This document shows, piece by piece, positions 21,762-34,259 of a stretch of DNA of 64,000 bases. The notes below the pieces were generated by a model. It searched no databases. It saw only the letters and a list, made by a program, of their open reading frames with translations, and was not told where the DNA came from. Position 1 is the stretch's first letter; the number at the start of each line of letters is the position of its first letter. The position numbers were made by a program, and so were the translations under genes. The DNA comes from Paraspadella gotoi (taxonomy: Eukaryota > Animalia > Chaetognatha). Location of the stretch: positions 26,230,851 through 26,294,850 of the forward strand of contig CM119266.1 in the NCBI GenBank assembly GCA_051294375.1, given 5' to 3'.

Positions 21762-24044
21762 TTAACTAGTGGCCACGAGCTGGTCTTCGTTGGCAGTTGG
21801 TCTGGCTCTCGGTTCGATAACGCTCTTCCAAAGCAGCGTGATTTCGGGTATTTTCTTACGAATTTCGTTTTCGGTGATTAACTCTTCGTCGTCATCTCTG
21901 TCATCATCCTCCTGCGAATTTTTCTTGGCCTTAATTTTCATCTCAAACTTTCCCTTGTTCTTCTTTCTGACGAAGTTCAACCGTTTGACGACGACCCGGT
22001 CCTTGGGAGCCGATGTCGATTGGACGACAGCGATCTTAAATTCGGAAATTTGCGGGCAGTAGTGGTCGTCCATTTCCATCACCTTAAAATAAAACAGCTG
22101 GACTTGAATTTCCATCAGAGATATTGAGTTCATCACTCTCTCCTTTGATAGTAGCAGCATACCGAATAAATTTAATTTCCATTCTAATTAAATTTTAAAA
22201 TATTTTTATATCATAAGCTCGTTTATTAGGAAGTTTCGAAAAATTCTAGTATTCATTAGAATTTTCCTAATGCGACACTCGACGGACTTTCCATAAGGAC
22301 CAGCCCTAATGTATCAGGTTAAAACTAGAAATTGACATTTTTAATTTTTCAAACTTATGAAATTGGTAGGTATTAATTCACATTCAGTCTTGATTTTGGA
22401 CAGGCAAACATAACATTTAATTTTAATTATGGGAATTCAATTAAGTTAGGCTATATAGTGTCCGATTTCTAACAAATCTATATATTTGTAAGAATGTCAT
22501 TTGTGATGCAAAATCGCAAACGTAAAAGCAAACGCCCGTCACCTTGTAGGCGAAAATGGTCCCTTCTTCCGGCGCTTCGCTTATAGGAATCCAGGCTTCG
22601 ATATCCTCCCCGCAAATTTCTTCTTCTTTTTTTCTCTCTTCGAGAGTTTCCGACGACTCTCTTTCCTCCGCATTTTTCTCTCTTTCCTCGTTTCTTTCTT
22701 CCAATTCTTTTTCTTTTCCGTTTCCTTCTTCTTCATCTTCATCTTCAGAATTGTCCTCTTTCTGCTTCCCCTCATCCTTTTCCATGCTTTCATCCATGTT
22801 GTCCGCCACATTCTCTCCGTTTTTCTCGTTCTCCTCGTTTTCCTCGTTCTCCTCGTTCTCCCCATTCGCCGTTTCTCCGTCGTCTCCGAACACGATGTGA
22901 GAGCGTTGGACTTCGGATACTACCTCAGGAACTTTAAACGGTCTCCGTTGTTTCTGGTGCTTCTGAGGAAGTTGCCGCTGGGCCTGCTGCTCTTCCAAAT
23001 GAAGACTTAAATTGGAAGGTAATGTCAAGTCAAACCCCCTGGACTTTTTCGGCCTCCTTCTTCGCTTCTTCTTAGATTCGGACTGTGTGCAAGGACGGAC
23101 GCAAGGGTCCGACTCCTCTAACTGGCTATCGGCCGGGGCTGCGTCAACGACAGGTGTGACGTCGATCGGACCGACGTCGACCTCATCCTCCCGCTGGTCG
23201 TCCGTAGTCGATTCTGTTTCCTTTCTTCTCTTCTTTTTCTTCTTGGTTTTCTCAGGAAACTCGTGCTCGATTTCGGTGGAAACCAGCTTTCTCTTTTTGG
23301 CTTGGAAAGAGTTGTCGAGATCATTTTCGGGCGTATCGACACTGGGGGATTCCTCTACGTTTTCGCCATTCCCGTTTTCAAGGTTCACGTCGTAACTGGA
23401 GCGATCCGCGTGATAAACTGTCAACTTTTTCGACGATCTCTGAGCGAGAGGCGTGGACGAAATGTGTGGCGAAGCAGCGGATGGCTGGGCGGGGGCTCGC
23501 GGCGGCGAACGATCTCTTAGTGGAGACACAATTGAGACCACGGCCTCGGCGGAGCCGTTCCTCGTTGGAGGTGAATCCGAGGAGGTCGCGATAACGTCTA
23601 CGATGTCGTCGTCGCGAAATATTTCGACTGATTCCGTCGGTTGCAGATGATAGCCCCCAATGGAAAGAGAGACGGAAGGGGAAAGAGAGCGCGAGAGCCA
23701 TTTAGAGGAAATGATGGCAATGAGGTGAGCCACGGTAGGAGTACGAACCGGGTCAATCTGAAAGTCAGCGTCAGAAGAGCTTTTATTCACGACTGCGATT
23801 TCATTAAAATAAAAATTCTCTTTATAAATGATCATTTTTTACCGTTTGTAATTATATTTATTATTTGAAAACAAACAAATTTTCTATACCTCAAACAAAT
23901 ATTTGAAGGAATATATTATGTATTTTTCAGGGTTACCAGATTGAGCCAATTAGTGAACGGAAGATTCCACTGTTCGACCAATTCTTCTGGAAAGTTTAGC
24001 CGCACCCTGAGACGCCTTGATAAAGGCGATCGCACGAACGCCAT
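21762..24044 (-). CDS. COIL: Coilin (Cajal body scaffold)
   Basis: First exon (ATG at 24044) MAFVRSPLSRRLRVRLNFP, spliced to IDPVRTPTVAHLI...LSIGGYHLQPTESVEIFRDDDIVDV (coilin N-terminal domain). Basic NLS runs and an acidic region follow. C-terminal Tudor-like GTIFAYK|VMEMDDHYCPQISEFK...WKSVIEPR. Confidence 0.85.
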
Positions 24045-24465
24045 CCCTTACAGTCAAACGACAGATTTAAACATCGCTGAGTAAAGTAATAAGTGGCATA
24101 CCTAAAAAAAATATTTCAACAACAATAAATTGCGCATAAAGCCCTCATATACGCCAGATAAGTTAAACATTCGGTACACTGACTGTGAGATCCGTGTAAA
24201 CAGAGACGAATTTCAAAATTTGTGAGGCACTTTAAAGACGACAATAACGGGCCCCAAAATTGTAGATATTTGTAAAAAAATAGTAAAAATTTAGGGCTCC
24301 CAGAGCGATTTATTTTAAATAGAATCACTTCATGACTATTAACTATGTAGCTACCAAGCGAAAAAGCAAAACAAAAACAGAAAAAAAAGAGACATAAATA
24401 CTGAAAACAAGGAGGTAATTGATAAGTTTAGTTTCAAGATTAGGTTTCAGTTTCTTTCATTTCCC

Positions 24466-27003
24466 TCAAAGATCGAACCACTCACTGACCATCGCCTCCG
24501 CAACTCCGCGCATCTCCGCCTCCAACCTTTCCTTTTCCCTGCGAAGATTCCACTCGTCCACGTCCAGCTGATTCAGGTTGGCCTCCGCCTGCTCCACCTC
24601 TTCCGGCACAGGCTTGGGGGGCCCTACCGCTTCGACGTAGTACTTCACTTTAGGTTCGGTTCCGCTCGTTCGAAGCGAAGCCCGACAACCGTTGGCGAAA
24701 AAAAAGGAGATCATTTGGGTAGATTTGCTGGCGGGCAAGACGGCGACGAGGTCGGGGCGAGAAGAGTCGTAGCCTTAAAAAGTTTAACAAGATGTGAAGA
24801 AAGAAATATTGAGATGTATCATGGGGTGAATTATTTAAGGGCGAAAATAAATGATCTGTCAGATCTCAGCAAACAATACCGGTCGTCAGATCCCGAACGT
24901 GGAGGATGTCGTAGGAACCGCATGCGATTGGATATCCGCCATCGGGACCCATCGTTCTAATCCGATCAAACATTGACCTGATTCTTTCCGGATCGTGGCA
25001 AATGAAGAATGAAGTTGTCGAGAGATGGCACCCATATAAAATGTAGATCTTGAAAATGTAAAAAAATAATATTTTATTAGCGTCTAGGGGGGGCGGAGTT
25101 TATTTTTTTAGTTCTGCCCACGCTTACCTTATCCAACAACCCGCCGAACGTCCATGGAATTTTCTCCTCTTCCTCCGGTACCTCCTCCTCTTCAACAGTG
25201 CCCTCTCCTTCCGCTGGGGGCGGTGGTGGGGGCGGCGCCGCCGCGGCGTTTGCCCGCTCCGCCGCCTCCTCGAGCCGCTCTTCCTCCTCCAAATAAGCGA
25301 GGATTTCGCCGATCATCCCCGCCGCAGAGATGCCGTCCTTTTCGAGGCAGCACCGTGGAGTCGGCATGAAGCCCATTGCTTCCTCAAAGGCGAAAAGTCC
25401 CTGCAGGTGGTGGAGGTGGGTGGGGAATCGACAGAGATAAATTATACAGTCCTGTGCAAAATAAAAAAACGCGCCTCTTTATAACTTTAAATTCTAAACA
25501 TTTTATAAAAACATTTTTAAAAATCATATACGGATTTTTTTTAATTAGAAAAAACTATAAAATGAAAAAAGCTGTCATTGTGGTTGTGAAAAAGATTTTG
25601 ATATTCAGATTGCTCAAATGCATACTCCAATATTTATATCTATAAGATGAACCAAAATTTTAAAATACTTGATTTTTTTAATAAAAATATATTTTCTAAC
25701 TTCTAGCCCTTTCAAAAAATTTTGGTCCATTGAACGTTTTCTCAGAAATTTATGAAGTTTCATTTGGTAAAATTTATAGAGTGATTTTTAAAGTCTTTAA
25801 AGTGGCGCGTTTTTTTTTTGCACAGGACTGTAGGAGAAAAGTCTCTTTACAAAGCCACTTCCAACCCAAATCTTAACGATGTCCTAAAAACAATGCATCG
25901 CCCCAATCTCAGATTAAATAAGTAAACCCCAAATACACAACACGAGAAAGAAAATTGTGACTTCTCATTACCTTTTTTCCCTTCTCCGTCAACTGGGCCA
26001 TCCTGTTTCCCAACCACTTCGTTCCCGGCAGCGTCTCTTCGAATTGAAATCCTTCGATTTTGGCCATAGATTCGAGTATCTTCGAGGAGACCGTTGACGA
26101 CAGCATGAAGCATTCGGCCAGCTCCTCAAGACCCATCTCGCTGCTCTTTTTCTTGCGCAAAATCCACCAAGCCAGTATGGAGGCGATTTCATTGCCTTTT
26201 GGATTTCATCGGAGGATAAGTTCATATCATTGAGGTTTCGTTAAAAGCGAAAACTAACCCGTTAAAATTCGCCAGCCATCCAGACCCTTCTCGGCGACGC
26301 CCATCCTGTCCGCGTCCGGATCCGTAGCGATGACCACGACGGCGTCATTGTCGTCCGCCGTCTTCATCGCCATCTGCAGGATCTCACGCCCTTCCTCGGG
26401 ATTTGGCGTTCGGACGGAAGGAAAATCGGGGTCGTTCTCGTATTGGTTGAAGACGTACAAGAACTGAAGATACAAAACGCTGCTGTTCATTTGACAACGT
26501 ATCCGATAAATATGGCTCTAAATTCTTTTATTAGTACATTAGTAGGCAGAGGAGGATTGAGCCTGCCGTCCAATTCTCCTCTTCCTTTTCTTCTTTATTC
26601 CTCCTCCTCCTCAGTATATTTTGCCTAGCGATACATTCTCTAGTTTCTACTCTTCGCGAAATATACCATTATTTTCCCTCAAGTGGCGCCTTCTTCGCGG
26701 CTCGATACCCTACTCCTCGTTGATTAAGTTTCCCGTGCAAACCCTCAGCAAAAAAAACCGTGGAAATTACTAAAAGAAACTATCTTTCTGCACTAACAAC
26801 CAAAAACAGAAACTCGGAAATCAACTAAATTGGACAAATCTTCCTCCCCAAAAAGAAAGGATTTTATTTGAATAAACCATTAAAAAGAAGCTGCATAATT
26901 TTAGAAACAAAACCTTACTTGATATTTATTACAAGATAATTTTCTCCTTTCTCTTCACTCTTTGTCAACCAAAACTTGGAATTTTTTAAAATCTAAACAT
27001 CAA

Positions 27004-27046
<43 letters not shown>

Positions 27047-30000
27047 GGCGACTGAAAATGGCGAAAGTTAAGATTGGACTTTAACCTCTTAAAGAAACGG
27101 AAATAGCAAGTCCCTTAATGTGGAATATAGAATAGACACACCCTGAAAATGGCAGCAATCAACTTTAAAGATCCAATCAGTTCTGATTACCTCAAAGGAC
27201 AATATATTAGCATTTTAGAAAACCTGATGAATTTTTCCAAAAGATTGCATAGTGAAGTTCGTAAGAAAGAATTCTGTAAATTGCAAAAATGTCAATAATA
27301 TTTCTCAGCCTATAATTCCATTCCCTTTCACATTCCTACTTTGGTAAACAAAGTAGTTCATATAAAAGTCATTGGTATTTTATTCTCGGACGCATTTTCC
27401 CTTCGATGTTATACTAAAATCTCGTTAATTTTACTTTGGTCTCGAATTATTTATCTCTAAAAATTCCGTCCTCCACTGCATACTCATAATGCAAACCCAC
27501 GGATTCTGGACAAGAATATAATAGATCTACTTGCTTTAGTGCAGATTACACACATGTCCCCTCTGCCTTTAAAAACCCAAACAGTCTCCAGCTCAACTCA
27601 AACCCATTTAACCAAAGCTGATGATTCAACCCAGACCAAAAGATCCAAGGCTTGTTGCAATAAATCAACTCAGACTAAAATTCCCTACTCCACCTCCTCT
27701 TCCCAAGCTACCAAAACCGCCATCATTTCTGATTAAGTTTCAACACAAACCAATGTTGCCAAGACTGATTCTCAAGTGCAGACCGACCTACCATCTGTCA
27801 AAGACTATGCTAAAGATGTGAAACTTCATTTGCAAGAATCAACTCAAACAAGAATCAACACAATAATCAAGCCTGCTCTTATCAGTCTCCGGTCAAGAAA
27901 TGGGAAACAAAATCAAGAAATGAAAGAACTGGACCCTGGAAAGAAGACATGATCCCTCAAACCTGCGCTGAAAAGATCTATATCCCCCCTCATCGACGTG
28001 TTCCTCAAGACCAAAGAAGGCAACCAGCTTTTGGAAAACGCAAAAATACTTGCCCTCAACTGATGGAAATAAACTTACGACCATGGCTTCGTCAGAAATT
28101 TTCCACATTTTTGGCACAGACTCTACCACTCCCATTTTTTTAAGAATCAATATTAGTCATGGTGCAGTAGCATAACTTGTCAATGACTGTGACATAAATT
28201 AAAAATAAACTTTTAATCATTTAAATAGCTTTGATAGAAATCCAATAGTTTTAGTTTGTGACTTCTCTCACTTTTTTAGTTGTCTTTGTTTTTTTAGTCC
28301 GGAGGGCTAAGAAGGGGGACGCAGAGGAGGATTGAGCCTGCCGTCCAATTCTCCTCTTCCTTTTCTTCTTCTTTTCTCCTCCTCCTGCCCCTCAGTATAT
28401 TTTGCCTAGCGATACATTCTCTCGTTTCTACTCTTCGCGAAATATACCATTAATTTCCCTCTATTTCTTCACGCCTTCAATACCCCTCAAGGAAGGAGAT
28501 CGAAATAAAGATTAACTGAAATCGTAACAAAAGCACGATACCGACCTTGTTTAATACCAGCGTGGCAAACATTTCTCGGGCGAATTTATGCCCTACTCCA
28601 TGGAGTGAAGTGTGAACGATTTTTCGCTTGGCTTTTTTGTTGATTTGTCGAGGATTGAATCCTATCTCTGCTTTCATATCCGAAAAATACTTTGACCAGA
28701 CATCTGCAAATGGGTCGGAACGATACCTACAACACGCAACAATTTTTTTATGAAACTACTAATGGTAATAATGCCTATTAATTGTTGTAATCCTATACAA
28801 ACCTGAACGCAATATCGGCTTGCGAGCCGTGGGTTGCTTTTTCAGATCCTTTCATCGTGGCTATTTCTAAATCCCAGGAATTGCTCCAAGGCTCGAGGTT
28901 ACTGTCTGAACACGAATAAAACCAAAATATAATTCACAAGCAGCCGCTAACCGCAACCTCCAACTCCGACGCTAGCACCTATCGATTCCGTGATCCCTCT
29001 GTCGTGCGGATGGACGATCTGACTCCCGTTTGCCCAATAGACTTTGTATCCGTTATCCTGCTTGGGATTGTGCGAGGCCGTAATCATTACGCCCGCGCAA
29101 GCGCGATATTTGGCAATAGCGTAAGGCACCCACGGCGTCGGCACGACTTCGGAAAAAATGCGAACGCGGATACGCGCGTTGAGGAAGATTGCGGCGACAC
29201 GACGAGCGAATCGAGTGGAGTTGTGGCGTCCATCATATCCTGGATATAATTCGGATTTTTCATACTATGTGTCACGACCCAGCAATTGGGATTTGGAAAT
29301 GTCTCTTCTCACCCACGACGATGCCCCGCTCGAGAAGATCCTCTCCAAACATGTGCCTGAGGTAACGAAGGAGACCCTGAGTCGACTGAATGACCGTGAG
29401 ATCATTGATGAGCGAGTAACCGGCGCCCATGGCCGCGCGGAGCCCCGCCGTCCCAAACTTGAGCCGCTTTTTTAAACGAGACTCCAATTCTGCGACGATA
29501 AACGGAACAACGGTGTAATTATAACTTTTTTAGAGGAAAATTGTAAGTTTAGACAATAGCACCCTTTGATTCAAAGATTCAAGGATATCTAGTTATCTAC
29601 TATGAAATTGAAATAAAATAAGGGGGTTCAAAACTTTAGTGTTGAAGTCTACTTTCAGGTTAAAAAGAATTTTATAAAAAAGTTCAATTTTAATGCCTTT
29701 AAGCTCTCCCAATGGGCGCGGTAGCGAAAGCTTGTGCCGCTTTTGGAAGATGCTTGTGAAAGGCGATTGTAATTTTTAACATGCGTACAATTTTTTATCT
29801 TATTATTACAATACTTATTACAATTACTTAATACTTACCCATCCAAACGAATTGTTTAACTTAAAACTTTAAGGTTTTTACGTTTTTTTGGTCAAAATTG
29901 AGAAAAACTAATAAAATTATAATAATTAATTATTATGATAATTTTTCATCTACTTATAATAATACCTGAATCGGCTTATTTTTACATTCGCCGACCGGTC

Positions 30001-30915
30001 GGTTATTTGTTTTTTTGCTTCTTATGAGCGACGTAGAGAAATCTCGCTACGTAAAAATAAAAAGACACTGGTAAGGGTAGAAAAAACTTTATTACAAATT
30101 TTATTTCGAATACCTCCCCTCACCCTAATCCTTAACCACCTAACCCTAACCAGTAACCACCCCAAAAAATGTCAAAATTTTTGTTTGAGTAGGTGCTCAA
30201 TTCAAATTTTTGACCCACCTTATGGTCCGACAAAAACATGAAGTTGAATTCAAACTATGTAAGAAATATATTTTTATTAAAAAATACTCTCACTGAAAAA
30301 TAATTATTTTTTTAAAAGCTATCTATCGTCCCCTCCTGTCCAAAAAGACGACGAAGAACACAAGGAAAGTGACCCATTCGCCTAATTGTGAATAACTGTT
30401 CCTCTTAAATTATTATTGAGGAACTTCGCTTAAGTTTCACGACTCTCGTTTTCAATGATAAGATTTGTTATTGAGACTTTTTTGATTAAGCACTTAACTA
30501 ACACGTTTGAAATTTTTTTACTAAAAATTTTCATTTCTGACACCATAATTGACACTTTTCGGCAACACCTCATCTATTCACAAATCGTTATTTTATTACA
30601 TTAAATATCTGTAGTGATTCATATCCGCTTGCAATTCATTTTGTCAATTGTTATCTCCTCACCCATGACATTTCCCTTGTCGACGAGATCTAAAATTTGT
30701 TTCCTCGTGACGCGGCATCGATCGCGCCGTAGCCATTCGAGGACGAGGCGATCCACTTCCGCGTCGCCCGTCGATTTGGCCGGGACTTCGGGAGTCGTGG
30801 CGCAGGAACAGCCAGTGGATGCGGCGAGGGCCGGGCCGTTGTCATCGTCGTCGTGACGGCACAACGAGTCAACTTTTTGGTCTCCGGAAGCGGCGTTTTT
30901 CGTGGGGCAGGACAT
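24466..30915 (-). CDS. PGM2: Phosphoglucomutase-2 / PGM2L1-like, multi-exon
   Basis: [31 protein letters not shown] (active-site Ser), [31 protein letters not shown] (metal binding), FEEAMG, KDGISA and [13 protein letters not shown]. The first exon at 30915 encodes [17 protein letters not shown]. Confidence 0.93.
25447..25830. mobile_element. MITE family B (Tc1-like CAGT ends, TA TSD) in a PGM2 intron
   Basis: ta|cagtcctgtgcaaaataaaaaaacgcgcc ... ggcgcgtttttttttttgcacaggactg|ta. Confidence 0.88.
26546..28462 (+). mobile_element. Non-autonomous LTR retroelement (TRIM/LARD-like) in a PGM2 intron, antisense to the host gene
   Basis: ~140-bp direct repeats at 26546-26681 and 28321-28462. TGGCGCC (tRNA-Lys PBS start) at 26684, just after the first repeat. 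Purine tract ggagggctaagaaggggga just before the second repeat. The interior has only broken ORF fragments. TG..CA termini and a TSD are not clean. Confidence 0.8.
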
Positions 30916-31277
30916 TTCCGCCGTAAAATGTAAACTCTGTCTTTGTAGATCTTGTCTCTTAAGCTAAGTCCCGCCTAAAAAACCCTGTTCTCCACATCTA
31001 GGGGAACAAAATTTCTTAATCGTAAAGCGAGAGACGTCACATACGACGAGTAAGTGTCCCAAAGACAATAAAGAAAAAACGCGACAAGAATGGACATGTA
31101 ATGTTTTTCAGTGGGACCCATAGTAGCTTTGATTGAAACGACTAACTTAAAACATACTTTTATTGAAAAATTCAATTAAATATTATTTAGACTCCGCAAA
31201 AATGTATTTAGCAGTAAAAACGAATAGCATAAATCACTAAAATTGTAAAAAGAAATTTCCTTTGTCTTGCCAGGATC

Positions 31278-33571
31278 TTAACCATCGCCCTCTTTGGCGC
31301 CCTGAGCGGCCGCGTTGGCTCGGAGAACGGCCCCAGGGCTAGGATATGGTCTCATCTGGAAAAGAACGCCGGAAGCCGTAGGATCGACGCCGGATTTAGC
31401 TTCCGTTGGTTGCGTGGGAAGGCCGTCACTCCACTTTCCGCGAGGAATGTCCGAGTACGACGCCGGGTCCATGGGGTCAAGAGCGCCGTCGTCCCTTCCT
31501 CTCCCGCCGCCGCGACGCCCGACGGCAAAATGACGCCGCTCTTCGCGAGGGGGAGGAATAGAGGACGGAGGGAGCATTTCTGGAGGAGCTTGAGCGACAA
31601 CACCGATTCCGCGGGGCGTTCCGGAATCGCGGCGTCGCTCGGCGTCCACTCGAGACATTAATTGTTTCTGTTGCTGTTTTTTCGATTCGGAGTCAGAGTC
31701 TGAAGCAGAGCCAGAGTCGGAGTCTTTGCGCTTTCGGCGATCTTCTTCTTCATCCTCATCCTGGATGGATAACGAAAAACAAAAAAATATTTTAGTATGA
31801 TTGGCTACAATCCCTGTCGACCCTCTAATTTCACACATGAAGAGGTATACCCCCCCTCATACCTCATCGCTATCGTCGCCCGATTCGTCGTCGTCTTCCT
31901 CCGGTAGTGCCACAACTTGAGGTTTGGCGGCCGTTTTGAGTTTCGACTTGACCAGTAGCAATTTCTTGGCCGAGAGGCCGATCTTGGCCCGTGGATGCCC
32001 CGGTGGCAGCCAGGACACTTCCTCCGTTTCGAGGTTCCAGTAATAATAGCGGCCCGTCCAAATGTCCGGTTCTTCGACCCAGTTGTCCGGCAGAGCGTAC
32101 TTAGCCATCATCTTCTTTCGTTTTCGTTCGTTTTCTGAAAATGTGATGCAATGATGAAAATTTTAAAAATAAATACAGAAGGCTTCATATTATAAAATGT
32201 GGTACCCCTTTTTTGTGACCAGAACACGTTCCGAGAAAACTACTGAATAGAATTTAATGAAATTTTGCATGCGGAGTACCGGAAGTGATACAAATGGAAC
32301 TATCGAGGCGAATTTTTACATTCCACCCCTAAGCTGAGATAAGGGGCAAAAAATGGTAAAAAATTTTTTCAAATTTTTTTTATTATTTTTGTTTTGAACA
32401 GATGCACAGACGTTTACTCTTCCACAAAAAAGTATTAATTACCTCAAAAATATTCATTTACCTTAATTTTTAGCTTCATGAACATCAGCAGTTAAAGTCA
32501 GATTTGGAATAATTTGGGAAAATTGGAAGTAAAACAATGAACCATGCATCTTCAACCATGCTTAATTATTGCAAATTTATCAATTTTAGTTCTAAAATGT
32601 TTTTTTCTTATGTTTAAAACGTCAATGCACCTGATGCTACTAAAAAAATTTGAAAAAAAAAAAAGAGCATTTTTTGGCCCACCACTGGGCCACCAGGGGT
32701 CCACCCCCAGGGCCCTGTATCTCTTGTCAGGGGTTGAATATCAAAATTCGCCTCGATAGTTCCATTTATATAGTCATTAGCACTCTGAATGTAAAATTTC
32801 ATTAAATTCGATGAGGTAGTTTGGTGGGAACAGATTCTGGTCACAAAAAAGGGGTACCACATTTTATAATATGAAGCCTTCTATATGCCTCTTAGAAGCG
32901 AAAAAAAAAAGAAAAAAAGTGTGAGCAAACAATGTCGGATCTGCAAACGATAATTAAGTGGTAATCCGCTAATCATATGATAAATCACGAAAATTCTTTC
33001 TTTCAATGTGTGATCTTAACAGATTATAACATACAGATCCGACTAAAAAAAGATAATAATTTAATTCAAAATGATCAAAATTAATCAATATCTGATGAAA
33101 AATTAGACAGTTCTTAGCTTAACCTTTGTCAGGATCGAAGAGCTTGAAGCCCCATTTTTTGGCGCAAAATGCAGAGCAATCATGGTAAGGATTTCGCTGA
33201 TTGGGGCAAGCATTGAGACGGATGCCTTCGTCCCTTTTCCTCTTTGTACGGGACTCGTCGTCGTCATCCGCGTCGCTCTCGCCGTCGCTACCTCGGTCGT
33301 CGTCGTCGTCGTCATCCTCGTCGGGACGACCTCTCTCTTCGTCTTCGTCGTCATCGTCGTAATCTAAAAAAAAAGTCCGAAAACTACTCCTGAAATCCTT
33401 GTTGGATCCCCCTCGTCTCTCCAACCGCCTACCCTCGGCGATAATCTCCTCCTCAGGCTCCTGTTCTTGTTGCTGCTTCTGTTCTTCCATTTTCTTTCTT
33501 TTTGCTTCCGTCTCCGGCGTGACGATCCCGCGCTTCTGCAGCCGCGCCATAAGAGCCGCAGGGAGTGGCAT
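31278..33571 (-). CDS. PQBP1: Polyglutamine-binding protein 1
   Basis: [22 protein letters not shown]|DYDD, WW domain [31 protein letters not shown], and C-terminal [21 protein letters not shown]...[19 protein letters not shown]. Confidence 0.95.
32176..32883. mobile_element. MITE family A, copy 2, in a PQBP1 intron
   Basis: Same TIRs and largely the same internal sequence as 6020-6744; TA flanks. Confidence 0.9.
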
Positions 33572-33710
33572 ATTGCTAGTTTTTTTCGTTGCGTTTTGTT
33601 TTTAGGTTTTAACCTGCAAATTCATTGAAATGGAAAATAATTCTGTGTAGGAAATAAAAATAAAACTTTTAACGACTGGGGCCAACGATCGTGGGGAGAA
33701 AAAATTTAAT

Positions 33711-34175
33711 TTATTTCTTGGAGGGTTTCTTCTTCTTCTTTGTGCCCGCGGTGGCAGAGGTGGCGGCTTTTTCCGCAGCCTGTTGCGCTTTTAGAACTTT
33801 AACAACAATCTTCTGCTCCTCAATGAGAAACGCGCGAATGATTCTGTCGAGAAAAGGATCGCGGGTTAAAACTCGGAAAAAATGCAATGCCATTTAACTA
33901 AAAGAAACTCGCCTTTCACGAACGGCAGCGGCGCAAAGATTGCCCCCGTAGGCCCGAGTAACGCGCTTGTGTCGTTTCGGCATGTTTTTCAGGGCCGTAG
34001 GTCGCGCGGGTTTGATTCCTTGCAGCTTGACGCCAGTCGCGCCGCATCGCGGTATTTTGGCCGCCTTCTTTTGGTAGAGATAGACGAGCTTGCCTCCGGG
34101 AGTTTTGGAGATGCGTCGCTTATTGCTTAGCGTCGAATACGACATCCGACGACGGAGGCAGAGACGTTGAACCAT
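33711..34175 (-). CDS. RPL34: 60S ribosomal protein L34, two exons, GC-AG intron 33844-33912
   Basis: MVQRLCLRRRMSYSTLSNKRRISKTPGGKLVYLYQKK...VTRAYGGNLCAAAVRE|RIIRAFLIEEQKIVVKVLKAQ. Confidence 0.97.
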
Positions 34176-34259
34176 TCTGGTAAGTTTTCCTCGACACAAC
34201 TCTACCAAAAGTCAACAACTAATAATATAAACAAATGTGTAAAAAAAATTTAAAAAAAA

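Noticed and set aside
23760-23835. ORF-track start for coilin (MIIYKENF)
   Set aside because: This stretch is intronic. A better first exon with the RLRVRLNF motif starts at 24044 and splices to IDPVR.
30118-30165. Telomere-like ccctaa/cctaac run in a PGM2 intron
   Set aside because: Too short and degenerate to call an interstitial telomere; probably part of a decayed repeat.
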